Assembly: GCA_963726745.1 (NCBI GenBank)
Contig: CAVSDR010000003.1
Span: 544,001-608,000, forward strand
Direction: 5' to 3'
Source of the DNA: an uncultured Verrucomicrobiae bacterium
Lineage (GTDB): Bacteria; Verrucomicrobiota; Verrucomicrobiia; Chthoniobacterales; UBA10450
DNA length: 64,000 nucleotides
Both the position numbers and the translations under genes were made by a program. The notes under the pieces were generated by a model, which worked only from the letters and a program-made list of their open reading frames with translations, was not told the DNA's origin and searched no databases. Each line of letters starts with the position of its first letter. Within the stretch, counting starts at the first letter, position 1. This document shows, piece after piece, positions 29,004-38,176 of the stretch.

Positions 29004-30731
29004 TTAGTGGTCCTCCGCGGTCACGCGCCAGATTTCTTCCAGGGTCGTCAGGCCCTCGAGCGCCTTGTCGATGCCGACCATGCGGAGGGTTTTCATTCCT
29101 TCGGAGACAGCTTGGTTTTTGATCACCGCGGCGGAGGCGCGTTTGATGATCAGGCGGCGGACGGCCTCGCTCACTGGCAGCGCTTCAATGATCGCGAGCC
29201 GGCCGAGGTAGCCGCGGTTTTTGCAGCGATCACAACCGCTCCCCTGGAAAAAGACGGCGCCTTCCTGCGGCTGCATGTTCAGGCGCTCGAAGATCTCCGC
29301 CTCGGGGACGAATTCCTCGCGGCAGTTATTGCAGATGCGACGGACGAGACGTTGCGCGCAGGCCATGATGACCGAGCTGGAGATGAGGAAAGGCTCGATG
29401 CCCATGTCGTCCAGACGGGTGATGGCGCCGGCGGCGTCATTCGTGTGCAAGGTCGAGAGCACCTGGTGACCAGTGAGCGCGGCCTTGACCGCGATGTCGG
29501 CAGTTTCGTTGTCACGAATTTCACCGACCATGACGATGTCCGGATCCTGGCGCAGGATGGAACGCAGGGCGCTGGAGAAATCGAGCCCGATGTCGGCGCG
29601 CACCGCGACCTGGTTGATGCCCGCGAGCTCATACTCGATCGGGTCTTCGACCGTGATGATGTTGTAGTTCGGGCTGTTGAGCTCCTGGAGGACGGAGTAA
29701 AGCGTGGTCGTCTTACCGGAACCGGTCGGGCCGGTGACGAGGATCATGCCGTGCGGCGCGTCGATCGCCTTCTTGAATTTGCTCAACGTCCCCTCGTCCA
29801 TGCCCATCTCGTTGATCGAGCCGGTGAGGGCGGATTTATCGAGAATACGGATGACGATCTTCTCTCCGTGCGCGGTCGGGAGAATGGAGATACGCAAGTC
29901 GATCTCCTTGCCCATGACCTTGATCCGAAAGCGGCCGTCCTGTGGGACACGGCGCTCGGCAATGTTCAAGCCGGCGAGAATCTTGATGCGCGAGGTGATC
30001 GCGAGCTGGAGCGCCTTCGGCGGCGACTCCGCGACGATCAATTCGCCGTCGATGCGGTAGCGCAACTTCAGCGTGCGCTGGAACGGCTCGATGTGAATGT
30101 CGGAAGCCTTCTCCTTGATTGCCTGCACCAGGATGAGGTTAACGATCTTGATCACCGGCGCGTCCTCGGTGTCGTGGGCCAGGCGATCGATATCGATCTC
30201 TTCCTGGCGCTGCTTCCCGGACTCGACTTCGACCTCGGCCGCGGCAGAGAGATCCTCGGCCACCTGCTTGAGCACCGCGCTCATGTTCGCGCTCCCGCCG
30301 TGCACGCCGGCGAGCGCATCGGTCACGCCGCGCTCGGTCGCGATCATCGGGACGACTTCGAGCTGCACCCGGCGCTTCACGTCGTCGACCGCGACCACGT
30401 TGGTCGGATCGGCCATGGCGACGAAGAGCTTGCCGTTTAAACGCGCAATCGGGACGAGCTTATTCGCCCGGGCCATGTCGCGCGGGACGAGCGACATGAT
30501 CTCTTCCGGGATGCGCAGCTTGGCGACATTGATCGGCGGGGTGTTGAGACAACGCCCCATGCTGAAGGCCATGTCCTGCTCGGTGACGAATTGTTTATCC
30601 GTCAAGATCTTGAGCAGGCGTCCGCCTTCCTTCCGCTGGATCGCGCTCGCTTCCTCGAGCTGATTTGGCAGGAGCAGGCCGTCCTCGATCAGGACGTCGG
30701 CAATGCGTTCGGCGAAAGATTTACTTCTCAT
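29004..30731 (-). CDS. pilB: Type IV pilus/T2SS assembly ATPase (PilB/GspE family)
   Basis: ASDIHIEP, PQDGR, GPTGSGKT, TVEDPIE, LRQDPD, GEIRD, STLHTND, tetracysteine motif; start placed at MRSKSF. Confidence 0.9.
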   Translation of the reverse strand: MRSKSFAERIADVLIEDGLLLPNQLEEASAIQRKEGGRLLKILTDKQFVTEQDMAFSMGRCLNTPPINVAKLRIPEEIMSLVPRDMARANKLVPIARLNGKLFVAMADPTNVVAVDDVKRRVQLEVVPMIATERGVTDALAGVHGGSANMSAVLKQVAEDLSAAAEVEVESGKQRQEEIDIDRLAHDTEDAPVIKIVNLILVQAIKEKASDIHIEPFQRTLKLRYRIDGELIVAESPPKALQLAITSRIKILAGLNIAERRVPQDGRFRIKVMGKEIDLRISILPTAHGEKIVIRILDKSALTGSINEMGMDEGTLSKFKKAIDAPHGMILVTGPTGSGKTTTLYSVLQELNSPNYNIITVEDPIEYELAGINQVAVRADIGLDFSSALRSILRQDPDIVMVGEIRDNETADIAVKAALTGHQVLSTLHTNDAAGAITRLDDMGIEPFLISSSVIMACAQRLVRRICNNCREEFVPEAEIFERLNMQPQEGAVFFQGSGCDRCKNRGYLGRLAIIEALPVSEAVRRLIIKRASAAVIKNQAVSEGMKTLRMVGIDKALEGLTTLEEIWRVTAEDH

Positions 30732-30747
30732 CGTCCTCGCGCGCTTC

Positions 30748-31644
30748 CTAAGCCCGGGCCTCCAGGCGGTAGATCTCCTGCAGGCATTTGGCGATCGCGC
30801 TCGGCCGCGCCAGATACCACGCGACCGTGTAGTCGAGCGATTGCTGCACCGCGGTGCGGCCGGCAGCGTCAAAGGGATTGCAGCACGCGACCATGATCGT
30901 GCGGCTGACGAGATCGAAGGGAACGAAGAGCCGGCCGAGCGTGAGCTCGTCGGGTAACATCCGCGCGACCTGGCGATCGACGTCGTAATACTCCAGCGGG
31001 ACGTAGGCGAACTTCGTCCGGTCGATCAGCTGCGAGAGCGCGCGGTCGAGCTTGTCCGTCTCCTGGCGGTAGACTTTGTCGAGCAGCGACGAAGCGATCG
31101 CCTGACCGCTCAGGTCCTGGTTCAACTGCTTGACGGTTGCGAGCCCGCCGGAGACTTCCTCTTCCGGCGCGAGCTGCTGCATCACCAGGAAGCGACCGAG
31201 CTCGTCGTCCCCGTGATCCGTCAGCGGGACGGAGGCGCGCTTCATGGTCAAATCCATCAACGAGCCGTTTTGCCCGCCGCCGAGCAGCGGCGCCGCGATC
31301 AAGCCGCTGCGCGGGCTGTCGGTCACGAGCGATTGGCCGGCAGCCTGGAGGCGATTCTCGATCTCGCCGAGCATTGAGAGAATCTCCGGCGCATTCGGTT
31401 CGCGCAGGAGGATGGCCTCGCATTCCTGCATCGCGAGGGTGTAGGAGCCGCCATTGAAGTAGGCCTCCGAAAGCTTGCGCGAGATGCGCAGCGCTTCCGC
31501 CGGCTTCCCGATTTTCGTGTAGGCGTCCTTGAGGATCTCGAGCGATTGATAGTCGTCGGGTTGTGTCTGAGTGATGACCTCAAACATCTCGATCGTCTGC
31601 ACGATCTGACTGTGTTCCTCTTCGGATAACGTGTGTTCCAGCAC
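30748..31644 (-). CDS. TPR-like plus GspE/PilB N-terminal-like domain protein without ATPase
   Basis: Helical TPR-like N-half; C-half (VARMLPDELTLGRLFVPF...MVACCNPFD) resembles the N-domain of the adjacent PilB (IMSLVPRDMARANKLVPI...FVAMADPTN). Confidence 0.65.
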   Translation of the reverse strand: MLEHTLSEEEHSQIVQTIEMFEVITQTQPDDYQSLEILKDAYTKIGKPAEALRISRKLSEAYFNGGSYTLAMQECEAILLREPNAPEILSMLGEIENRLQAAGQSLVTDSPRSGLIAAPLLGGGQNGSLMDLTMKRASVPLTDHGDDELGRFLVMQQLAPEEEVSGGLATVKQLNQDLSGQAIASSLLDKVYRQETDKLDRALSQLIDRTKFAYVPLEYYDVDRQVARMLPDELTLGRLFVPFDLVSRTIMVACCNPFDAAGRTAVQQSLDYTVAWYLARPSAIAKCLQEIYRLEARA

Positions 31645-31659
31645 GGCAAGGCTCCTAAA

Positions 31660-31675
31660 AGCTAGAAGCGTGCCC
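31660..31675 (-). promoter_or_regulatory. Possible sigma54 (-24/-12) promoter of the pilB-mglAB operon
   Basis: Minus strand GGGCACGCTTCTAGCT = GG-N10-GC with GGCACG; very close to the start codon and its AGGAG, which weakens the call. Confidence 0.4.
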
Positions 31676-31711
31676 CTGTCCGAAGCGGCTCGGGATTTCT
31701 GAAGTTGCTGT

Positions 31712-32620
31712 CTATTTCCCGGGTAGGCGGGTCAAAAGCTCCGCACCGATCGCCGGCAAAAGCGGCTTGATCTCGCCGGCCCGCGTCAGGATCACCACGA
31801 TGAACTTGCGGCCATCCGGCAATTCAAAATAGGCAGCATCATGACGCACTTCGCTGGTTTCGCCGCTCTTCGACCAGAGCTGCGCGCCGGGTGGGAGCGC
31901 TTCGCCGAAGAACTCCCGCACCTGGTTCTCCTCCGGCCGCGGCGGCGCCAAGGGGCGCTCGAGCAGCGCCCGCATTTCCTTGGAGGCTTCCGCGGAAACC
32001 GCCTGCCCGCGCACGATCGAAAACAACAGCGCCGCCAGGGCGTTCGCGCTCGCGCGGTTGCGGTTTTCTTTGTTCGCGCCCAGGAGCTGCATTTCGCGGC
32101 CGTAGGGGCCAAAGCTCCACGGCTTCATCATCAGGCTAAGGTCGTAGCCTAACGAGCTGAAGTAGCGATTGCTGGTGCGCCGGCGGTCGATGAATTCCTC
32201 CAGCGCCCTCCCGGTCAGTTCCGGGCCGGCGGTCGTGCCGCTGAGCACGTCCATCAGGTAGGCGGTGGCGTCGTTATCCGAGACGCGGATCATCTCGCGC
32301 AGCGCGCGCTCGATCTCCGGCGAGCGCCGGCCTTCCTGGAAAATGTGCGCCATGATGAAGAGCTTCATCACCGAGGCGGGGTAAAACGGCGCCGCGCCGT
32401 GAAAGTCCGCGCGCCGCGGCGCGTCCGGCTGCGAGAGATCGATCACGCTGAGCGCAAGGTTCTCCGCGGTGAGCTGCGGGAATTGCCTGCCGGCGGCTTC
32501 CGCCGTCGCCGCCAAAGCGCTGCCTAACGAGTCGTCGACCGGGATTTTTTCGAACTCGCGAAAATCAGCCTGCGCCATCGCGGTCATCGCCAGGAGCAGC
32601 AGAAGCGCGCCGGGTTTCAC
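31712..32620 (-). CDS. Serine hydrolase, class A beta-lactamase-like
   Basis: Signal peptide; SVMK, SDN, KSG motifs; HDAAYF. Confidence 0.8.
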   Translation of the reverse strand: MKPGALLLLLAMTAMAQADFREFEKIPVDDSLGSALAATAEAAGRQFPQLTAENLALSVIDLSQPDAPRRADFHGAAPFYPASVMKLFIMAHIFQEGRRSPEIERALREMIRVSDNDATAYLMDVLSGTTAGPELTGRALEEFIDRRRTSNRYFSSLGYDLSLMMKPWSFGPYGREMQLLGANKENRNRASANALAALLFSIVRGQAVSAEASKEMRALLERPLAPPRPEENQVREFFGEALPPGAQLWSKSGETSEVRHDAAYFELPDGRKFIVVILTRAGEIKPLLPAIGAELLTRLPGK

Positions 32621-32622
32621 GC

Positions 32623-33264
32623 TCAGGAAAAGCGGTCTTCGGTCCACGGATCGGCGGTATTGCTGTAGCCGCGCACTTCCCAGAAGCCGAGTTTGTCCTC
32701 CGCGCTAAACTCGATCGCGCGGATGAATTTGGCCCCTTTCCACGCGTAGAGCTTGGGGATGATCACCCGCGCCGGGCCGCCGTGATCGCGTGGGAGCGGC
32801 TGGCCGTCGTACTGCGTCGCGATGAGGACGTCGTCATCCATCATTTCGTCGAGGCGGACGTTGGTGGTGTAACCGTCGTAGCTCGAGAAGAGGACGTGCT
32901 TCGCCTCCGGCTTCGGCTGCACCAGTTCTGCGAGGGTGAAGAAAGCGACGCCCCTCCAGCGGACGTCGAACTTGCTCCAGGTAGTGACGCAGTGGAAATC
33001 GCTCACGTCCTCGAACTGCGGGAGCGCGTTGAAGCTTTCCCAGGTGAACGTCTGCGGATTTTCCACCAGCCCGCCGACTTCGAGCCGCCAATCGGCCAGC
33101 GGCACCTCGGGTTTGATCCCGAGATCGAGCACGGGAAAGCCGGGCGTGAGATGCTGGCCGGGCGGGAGGCGATCCTCGGAACGCACCGCCGGCTTCGCCT
33201 TCCCGCTCATCTTGCGGGCGAAGCGTTCCTTGCGCTCGATGAAACTCGGATTGGAACTGCTCAC
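32623..33264 (-). CDS. Sulfite oxidase-like molybdopterin-dependent oxidoreductase
   Basis: RLPPGQ, DFHCVTTWS, HGGPAR, WKGAK, GFWEVRGY. Confidence 0.88.
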   Translation of the reverse strand: MSSSNPSFIERKERFARKMSGKAKPAVRSEDRLPPGQHLTPGFPVLDLGIKPEVPLADWRLEVGGLVENPQTFTWESFNALPQFEDVSDFHCVTTWSKFDVRWRGVAFFTLAELVQPKPEAKHVLFSSYDGYTTNVRLDEMMDDDVLIATQYDGQPLPRDHGGPARVIIPKLYAWKGAKFIRAIEFSAEDKLGFWEVRGYSNTADPWTEDRFS

Positions 33265-33324
33265 GGCAAAAAGGAGACAGCGTTTTCGCGATTACTCAAG
33301 ATCGCGCCGCGCTGAGAATGCCGG

Positions 33325-34083
33325 CTAAACCCGCGACTCGGAGTTTTGCAGCAGCTTGATCGCGTCGCGCAACTCCGCCGCGCGCTCGTAGAGCTCGTTA
33401 TTGATCGCGACTTCCATCTCGCGCTGCATCACCTCGAGCTTCGAAAGCGGGCGCTTCGCGCGCACTTCCTCGAGCCATTCGTCGAGAAACGCGATTTCGG
33501 AGCTCTTCTGCGCGAGTTCCGGGAAGTTCGACTGGAGGAAGAAATCCTCGATCGCATCGCGGCCGCGCTCGATCTCGCTCAAGGCTTCGCCGAAACGTCC
33601 GTCCGCCAGGAGCACGGAGGCTTTCGCGCGCGTGTTCATCATCAGCACGTACGGGCGAAACTGCTGGAAGCTCCAGGCCACTTCGTCGCGCTCGGTGTGA
33701 TGAGCCACGAAGTCGAAAAGGTCGAGGTTCCGCTGGGTGTCGCGGATCACGCCGGCGAAATCATTGATCTGAAAGAGGCTCAGGTAGCGATGGTAATACT
33801 GGATGCCTTCCTGCTGGAGCTCGTTGCACTGGTCGTTCGAGAGCTCATAGCTGTCGCCGCGCGCTTCGGAGCGGGCCGCACGCCGCTGGTGATACTGCAG
33901 AAGCGAATCACAATTATGCGGACGGCCCCCGTCCGGCCGGCCGGTCATCTCCATCTGGAGCATGCCGAGATCGATCCGCAGCTGCAGTTTCTCGCGGCCA
34001 TCGAGGCCGAGAATCTTGCGCACCTTGATCGAGCCGGCTTCGTGCGGCCAGTCGTTCAACAGCGTGTTCAGGTCGAGGCTCAT
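33325..34083 (-). CDS. Conserved protein with C-terminal UvrB/UvrC (UVR) coiled-coil motif
   Basis: C-terminal MEVAINNELYERAAELRDAI; N-terminal LQLRIDLG...GRPDG. Confidence 0.75.
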   Translation of the reverse strand: MSLDLNTLLNDWPHEAGSIKVRKILGLDGREKLQLRIDLGMLQMEMTGRPDGGRPHNCDSLLQYHQRRAARSEARGDSYELSNDQCNELQQEGIQYYHRYLSLFQINDFAGVIRDTQRNLDLFDFVAHHTERDEVAWSFQQFRPYVLMMNTRAKASVLLADGRFGEALSEIERGRDAIEDFFLQSNFPELAQKSSEIAFLDEWLEEVRAKRPLSKLEVMQREMEVAINNELYERAAELRDAIKLLQNSESRV

Positions 34084-34277
34084 GGCTATCAATGTTCGAT
34101 TAAGCGCTTCCCTTTTGTCAATCGATCCTCCCCGCGACAAAGGTTTCAAAAGGTTCTTCGAATCGGTTCCGCGGGGAGATGCAACAATGAGACGCGCCTC
34201 GCGGCGGCACTGTTCAAATAAACTCCGCGCGCGGACGGTCGTTGCGGGCGGCGCGCTTTTCAGGGAACCTCGCCCTC

Positions 34278-35168
34278 GTGGACCAGGAGATCGATCGCTT
34301 CATTCGCTATCTCGCGACCGAGCGCGGGCTCTCCGATAACTACCAGCTTTCCACCCGCCGCTCGCTCGAGGAATTCGCCCGCTGGGCCGAAACAGCCGGC
34401 AAGATCACCAGCGTGCGCGAGATCACGCTCGCGGCCGTGGGCGATTATCTGGCGACGCTCAAGGCGCGTGGGCTTGCGGCTTCGTCGATCAAGCTCAACG
34501 TCGTGGCCTTGAAAATCTTTTGCCGCTTCCTGCTCGCGAAAGGCGTGCTCGAGCGCGATCCCGCGAAAACGCTCAGCCTCCCGCGGATCGAGCGCTACCT
34601 GCCGGAGACCTTGAATGAGCTCCAGGTCGAGCAATTGCTCGAAAGCATCAACACCGCGCATCCGCTCGGCCTGCGCGATCGCGCGATCGTGGAACTCCTC
34701 TACGCCAGCGGCCTGCGCATTTCCGAACTGGCGAATGCGCGCCTGGAAAACTACGACAGCGAAGGACGGATCCTGCGCGTCACTGGAAAAGGCAACAAGA
34801 CGCGCCTGGTGCCGGTGGGCGCAAAAGCCTGCGCAGCGCTCGCGGCTTACCTTTCCGCCGAGCGCCCACATCTCGTCGGCAAAAAGAGCGGGAGCGAAAT
34901 CTTTCTCTCGATCCGTGGGACGAAACTGACCACGGCGCGACTTTGGCAAATCGTGAAAGAGCGGGCGGAAGCCTCCGGCCTGGAGGCAAATATTTATCCC
35001 CACCTCCTGCGGCACAGCTTCGCCACCCACCTCCTCGGCAATGGCGCCGATCTTCGCATTATCCAGGAAATGCTCGGGCATGCCGACATCTCGACCACGC
35101 AGGTCTACACCCACGTCGACCAGCAACGGCTCAAAGCGGTGCATCGGAAATTTCATCCGCGCGCCTGA
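34278..35168 (+). CDS. xerD: Site-specific tyrosine recombinase XerD (or XerC)
   Basis: ERGLSDN, SGLRISE, GKGNKTR, HLLRHSFATH, LGHADISTTQVY, FHPRA. Confidence 0.85.
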   Translation: MDQEIDRFIRYLATERGLSDNYQLSTRRSLEEFARWAETAGKITSVREITLAAVGDYLATLKARGLAASSIKLNVVALKIFCRFLLAKGVLERDPAKTLSLPRIERYLPETLNELQVEQLLESINTAHPLGLRDRAIVELLYASGLRISELANARLENYDSEGRILRVTGKGNKTRLVPVGAKACAALAAYLSAERPHLVGKKSGSEIFLSIRGTKLTTARLWQIVKERAEASGLEANIYPHLLRHSFATHLLGNGADLRIIQEMLGHADISTTQVYTHVDQQRLKAVHRKFHPRA

Positions 35169-35193
35169 GCAGGCCGCGGGATATTGTGCCGCG

Positions 35194-36879
35194 ATGAAAC
35201 GCATTTTCTTGATCGTGCTGCTCGCGCTCGCGGCGGCCCTCGCCGTCTGGCTCGGGATGCGCGGCTCTTCCCGGATCTCCAGCACCACCGTGACCGCGCT
35301 GCTGCCGAAGGAAACCGTGGCCTTCCTCCATCTGCCAGACGTCAACGAAGCCCGCACGAAGTGGCACGAAACCGAGCTCTACAAGCTTTGGCAGGAGCCC
35401 GCGGTGCAGGCATTCCTGCAGAGGCCGCTGGCGCGCAATCGGAACACCGGGCGATTAGCCGGCAAGCTGGAGGAGGTCGCCCCGCTCGGGATGCGCGACG
35501 CCTTCCTGGCCGCGATCGCCTGGGAAGATGCGCAGCCGAAATTAATCGGCGGTTTCCGTTTTAAAGGGAGCCAGGAAGACGCGGAGAAAATCATCGGGCG
35601 CTGGCGCGCGGAAGGAGCAGCGCGCGAGACCGTGACCTACGCGGGACACGCAGTGGAAATCGCGCACGCGGGCGAGGTCCTCCTGGCCACGGCTTACGAT
35701 GGCGACTGGTTCTTCGCGGCGAACGATCTTCCGGCGCTGCAGGCCCTGCTGGACCGCGCGGATGGCCGCGCGAAAGAGGCGGGTGGCGCTTTGACGACCG
35801 AAGAGAACTTTGCCGGCGCTTTCCGGCACATGCCGCGAAGTTACGTCGCCCTCGGCTACGCGCGGCTGGACCAATACCTGCAGAAGTTGCTGGCTAAATC
35901 TCCCGGAATCGCCAACCACCAGCGGCTGGCACAGGTGAAGACCGTGGCCCTCGCGACGGATTTCGACCGCGGCTGGATTCGCGACGTGCTCTTCCTGGCC
36001 ATGCCCAAGGCGCAGGAGCACGGCGACCTCGCCCGCACTTCCCTGGCATTGACGACCGCAAACACCTTCCTCTACAGCGCCGGCTTTCTCCAATTCCCGC
36101 AACCGGCAAGCGATCCCGCGACAAGCGGAACCGCGCCGAAGTGGTCGCAATTCCTCGCAACGCTCTCGGCCAATGGCGTGACCCCCGCGGACTGGAAAGC
36201 GGCTTTCGGCGGCGAGTTTGGGCTCATCGGCGACTGGGCTCCCGGCGCCCGCATGCCGGCGTTGCTCGCGACTTTGCCGGTGCAGGATGCGGCCAAGGCA
36301 AACGAACTCGTGGCCACGCTCACCGCCGGCGGTGGGGAGCGCCCGTGGACCGCGGCGGAGAAAAATGGCGTGCGGTTTTTCTCGCAAGCTCCGGCGAACC
36401 CGATGGTGCCGCTTACGCCCACGGTGGTGCTTGCGGCGAAAAGCCTCATCGCCGGGCTCAACCTCGCGACGGTGGAAGAAGCCGTCGCGCGCAGCGTCGC
36501 GCCTGCCGCCAGCGTCAGCACGAGCGCTCCCTACCAGGCCGCGGTGGCCCGCGTGCCGACGCCGGCAAACGCCTTTCTTTACCTCGACACGGCGCTCTTC
36601 TACACGCGGCTGGATGAAGCGATCCGGCCCATGTTGATCATGGCCGGCGCATTCGTCCCGGCGATTGCCGAAACCGTCGATCTCGGCAAGCTCCCGGCCT
36701 CGGAAGTCATTACCCAGCATCTTGGCCCGGTCGTGCTCTCGCAATCTTACGAGAACGACGGGTATGTAGCGCACTCGATTGGGCCAATTTCGATCTACCA
36801 GGCGGCGGTCGCGCTCGCCGCGGCGATCGGCGCCGGCTCGCAATTTTACCAGCAACTTCAACCCGCCGGGACTCCTTAG
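35194..36879 (+). CDS. Membrane-anchored/secreted hypothetical protein (DUF3352-like architecture)
   Basis: N-terminal hydrophobic helix, ALLPKETVAFLHLPD, two similar halves; family assignment tentative. Confidence 0.55.
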   Translation: MKRIFLIVLLALAAALAVWLGMRGSSRISSTTVTALLPKETVAFLHLPDVNEARTKWHETELYKLWQEPAVQAFLQRPLARNRNTGRLAGKLEEVAPLGMRDAFLAAIAWEDAQPKLIGGFRFKGSQEDAEKIIGRWRAEGAARETVTYAGHAVEIAHAGEVLLATAYDGDWFFAANDLPALQALLDRADGRAKEAGGALTTEENFAGAFRHMPRSYVALGYARLDQYLQKLLAKSPGIANHQRLAQVKTVALATDFDRGWIRDVLFLAMPKAQEHGDLARTSLALTTANTFLYSAGFLQFPQPASDPATSGTAPKWSQFLATLSANGVTPADWKAAFGGEFGLIGDWAPGARMPALLATLPVQDAAKANELVATLTAGGGERPWTAAEKNGVRFFSQAPANPMVPLTPTVVLAAKSLIAGLNLATVEEAVARSVAPAASVSTSAPYQAAVARVPTPANAFLYLDTALFYTRLDEAIRPMLIMAGAFVPAIAETVDLGKLPASEVITQHLGPVVLSQSYENDGYVAHSIGPISIYQAAVALAAAIGAGSQFYQQLQPAGTP

Positions 36880-36999
36880 AGCGGGACCAATTGGCGCAAC
36901 CGTCAAAGTCCGAAAGCGTTCAGCGAATAGCCTTTATTTGCTTCTCGCCGAGAAATGTGCTGCGAAAAGGCCAGAGTGTGATATCGTTGGCATTACCTT

Positions 37000-37353
37000 A
37001 TGGCCATCTTGAAGAAAAACGCATTCTCCCGCCGAGTTCCTGACCTCGTGACCGAAGAATTGGTCGCGGTTCTTTCCCGCCGTTCCTCTTACGAGTTCAA
37101 GCAACTCTTCGATATCGTCCACGAGAATCTTCGCGCGCGGAATGCGGCCAGTGGTGGGGAAGAAATGCTCCGCCTCCGGGCTTACGAGAAATTGCAGAAC
37201 CTGGTGGCCCGCGGCGCCGTCAAGAAGACGGGAAAAAAGTATAAGGGTCTTCCATCGGCGCTCGCGCAGGCGATCGCTCCGCAGAATGGCCACCTCCCTG
37301 CCCTCGCGGCCCGCGCCGCCGCGGCCAAATCGACCGCGACCGCTGCGAAGTAA
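37000..37353 (+). CDS. Small basic hypothetical protein, possible winged helix
   Basis: 117 aa, Lys/Arg-rich, helical core then LVARGAVKKTGKKY wing-like hairpin, Ala/Lys tail. Confidence 0.6.
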   Translation: MAILKKNAFSRRVPDLVTEELVAVLSRRSSYEFKQLFDIVHENLRARNAASGGEEMLRLRAYEKLQNLVARGAVKKTGKKYKGLPSALAQAIAPQNGHLPALAARAAAAKSTATAAK

Positions 37354-37390
37354 AACTTGACCCCCGGCGGACATCCGCCGACTCCAGCGC

Positions 37391-37762
37391 ATGATCCGCG
37401 ATTACCTTCCCGTTCTGCTGCACATCGCGGTGGCGATTGGCTTTGCCGTCTCGGCGCTGGTCATCAGCGTCGTTCTCGGCAAAGCCGGACGCCGCAGCGC
37501 GACGAAAGACACCGCCTACGAGTGCGGCATGGTCCCGCAGGGCGAGGCGCAACCGCGCTTCAGCGTGAAGTTCTATCTCGTGGCGATGCTCTTCATCCTC
37601 TTCGATCTCGAGATCGTCTTCATGTATCCGTGGGCCGTGGTCTACCGCGAGCAGATCCTGCAGGGCAAAGCCATCCTCTGGAGCATGCTCAGCTTTGTCA
37701 GCATCCTCATGGTCGGCTACATCTATGCGCTCAAAAAAGGGGCGCTCGACTGGAAGAAATAG
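37391..37762 (+). CDS. nuoA: NADH-quinone oxidoreductase subunit A
   Basis: YECG, RFSVKFY, FILFDLE, YPWAV, KKGALDW. Confidence 0.95.
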   Translation: MIRDYLPVLLHIAVAIGFAVSALVISVVLGKAGRRSATKDTAYECGMVPQGEAQPRFSVKFYLVAMLFILFDLEIVFMYPWAVVYREQILQGKAILWSMLSFVSILMVGYIYALKKGALDWKK

Positions 37763-37837
37763 GCGCGCGGCCGCTGGCAAAAGCGTTGGCAGGTTACCGC
37801 TTGCCTGCGCTTCTTTCACCGCCTAAACCTTACGCCC

Positions 37838-38155
37838 ATGGTGCACCATATCGCTCTCTATAAGCTCAAACCCGAGGTCACTCCGGCACGAGTGGAAGAG
37901 ATGATGATGCACACGCGGATGCAGCTCCTGAAGATCCCGGAAGTCCTCAGCATCAAGTGCGGCAAACGGATCAAAAGCGAGATGCCGTGGCCCTTTTTTA
38001 TCGCGATCGACTTCGAGTCGATGGATAAATTCGAGATCTTCCGGGAGGACCCGATCTACGTGAAATTTGTCGAAGACGTGGTGAAGCCGAACGTAGCCGA
38101 AACGATCGCGCTCGATTTCGAGATGGATCCCGGCAAAGACGTGCAGTTTTCCTAG
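37838..38155 (+). CDS. Dabb family (stress-responsive A/B barrel) protein
   Basis: MVHHIALYKLK start, IPEV, FES, ALDFE. Confidence 0.75.
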   Translation: MVHHIALYKLKPEVTPARVEEMMMHTRMQLLKIPEVLSIKCGKRIKSEMPWPFFIAIDFESMDKFEIFREDPIYVKFVEDVVKPNVAETIALDFEMDPGKDVQFS

Positions 38156-38176
38156 GCTCGTCTTCCGGCGCGCCGC

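Noticed and set aside
31712..32620. Bona fide antibiotic-resistance beta-lactamase
   Set aside because: SxxK/SDN/KSG are present but no clear class A omega-loop ExxLN motif; only a family-level call is supported
34278..35168. Tyrosine recombinase as the integrase of a mobile element
   Set aside because: Sequence is housekeeping XerC/D type; no att repeats, tRNA or phage/plasmid genes nearby
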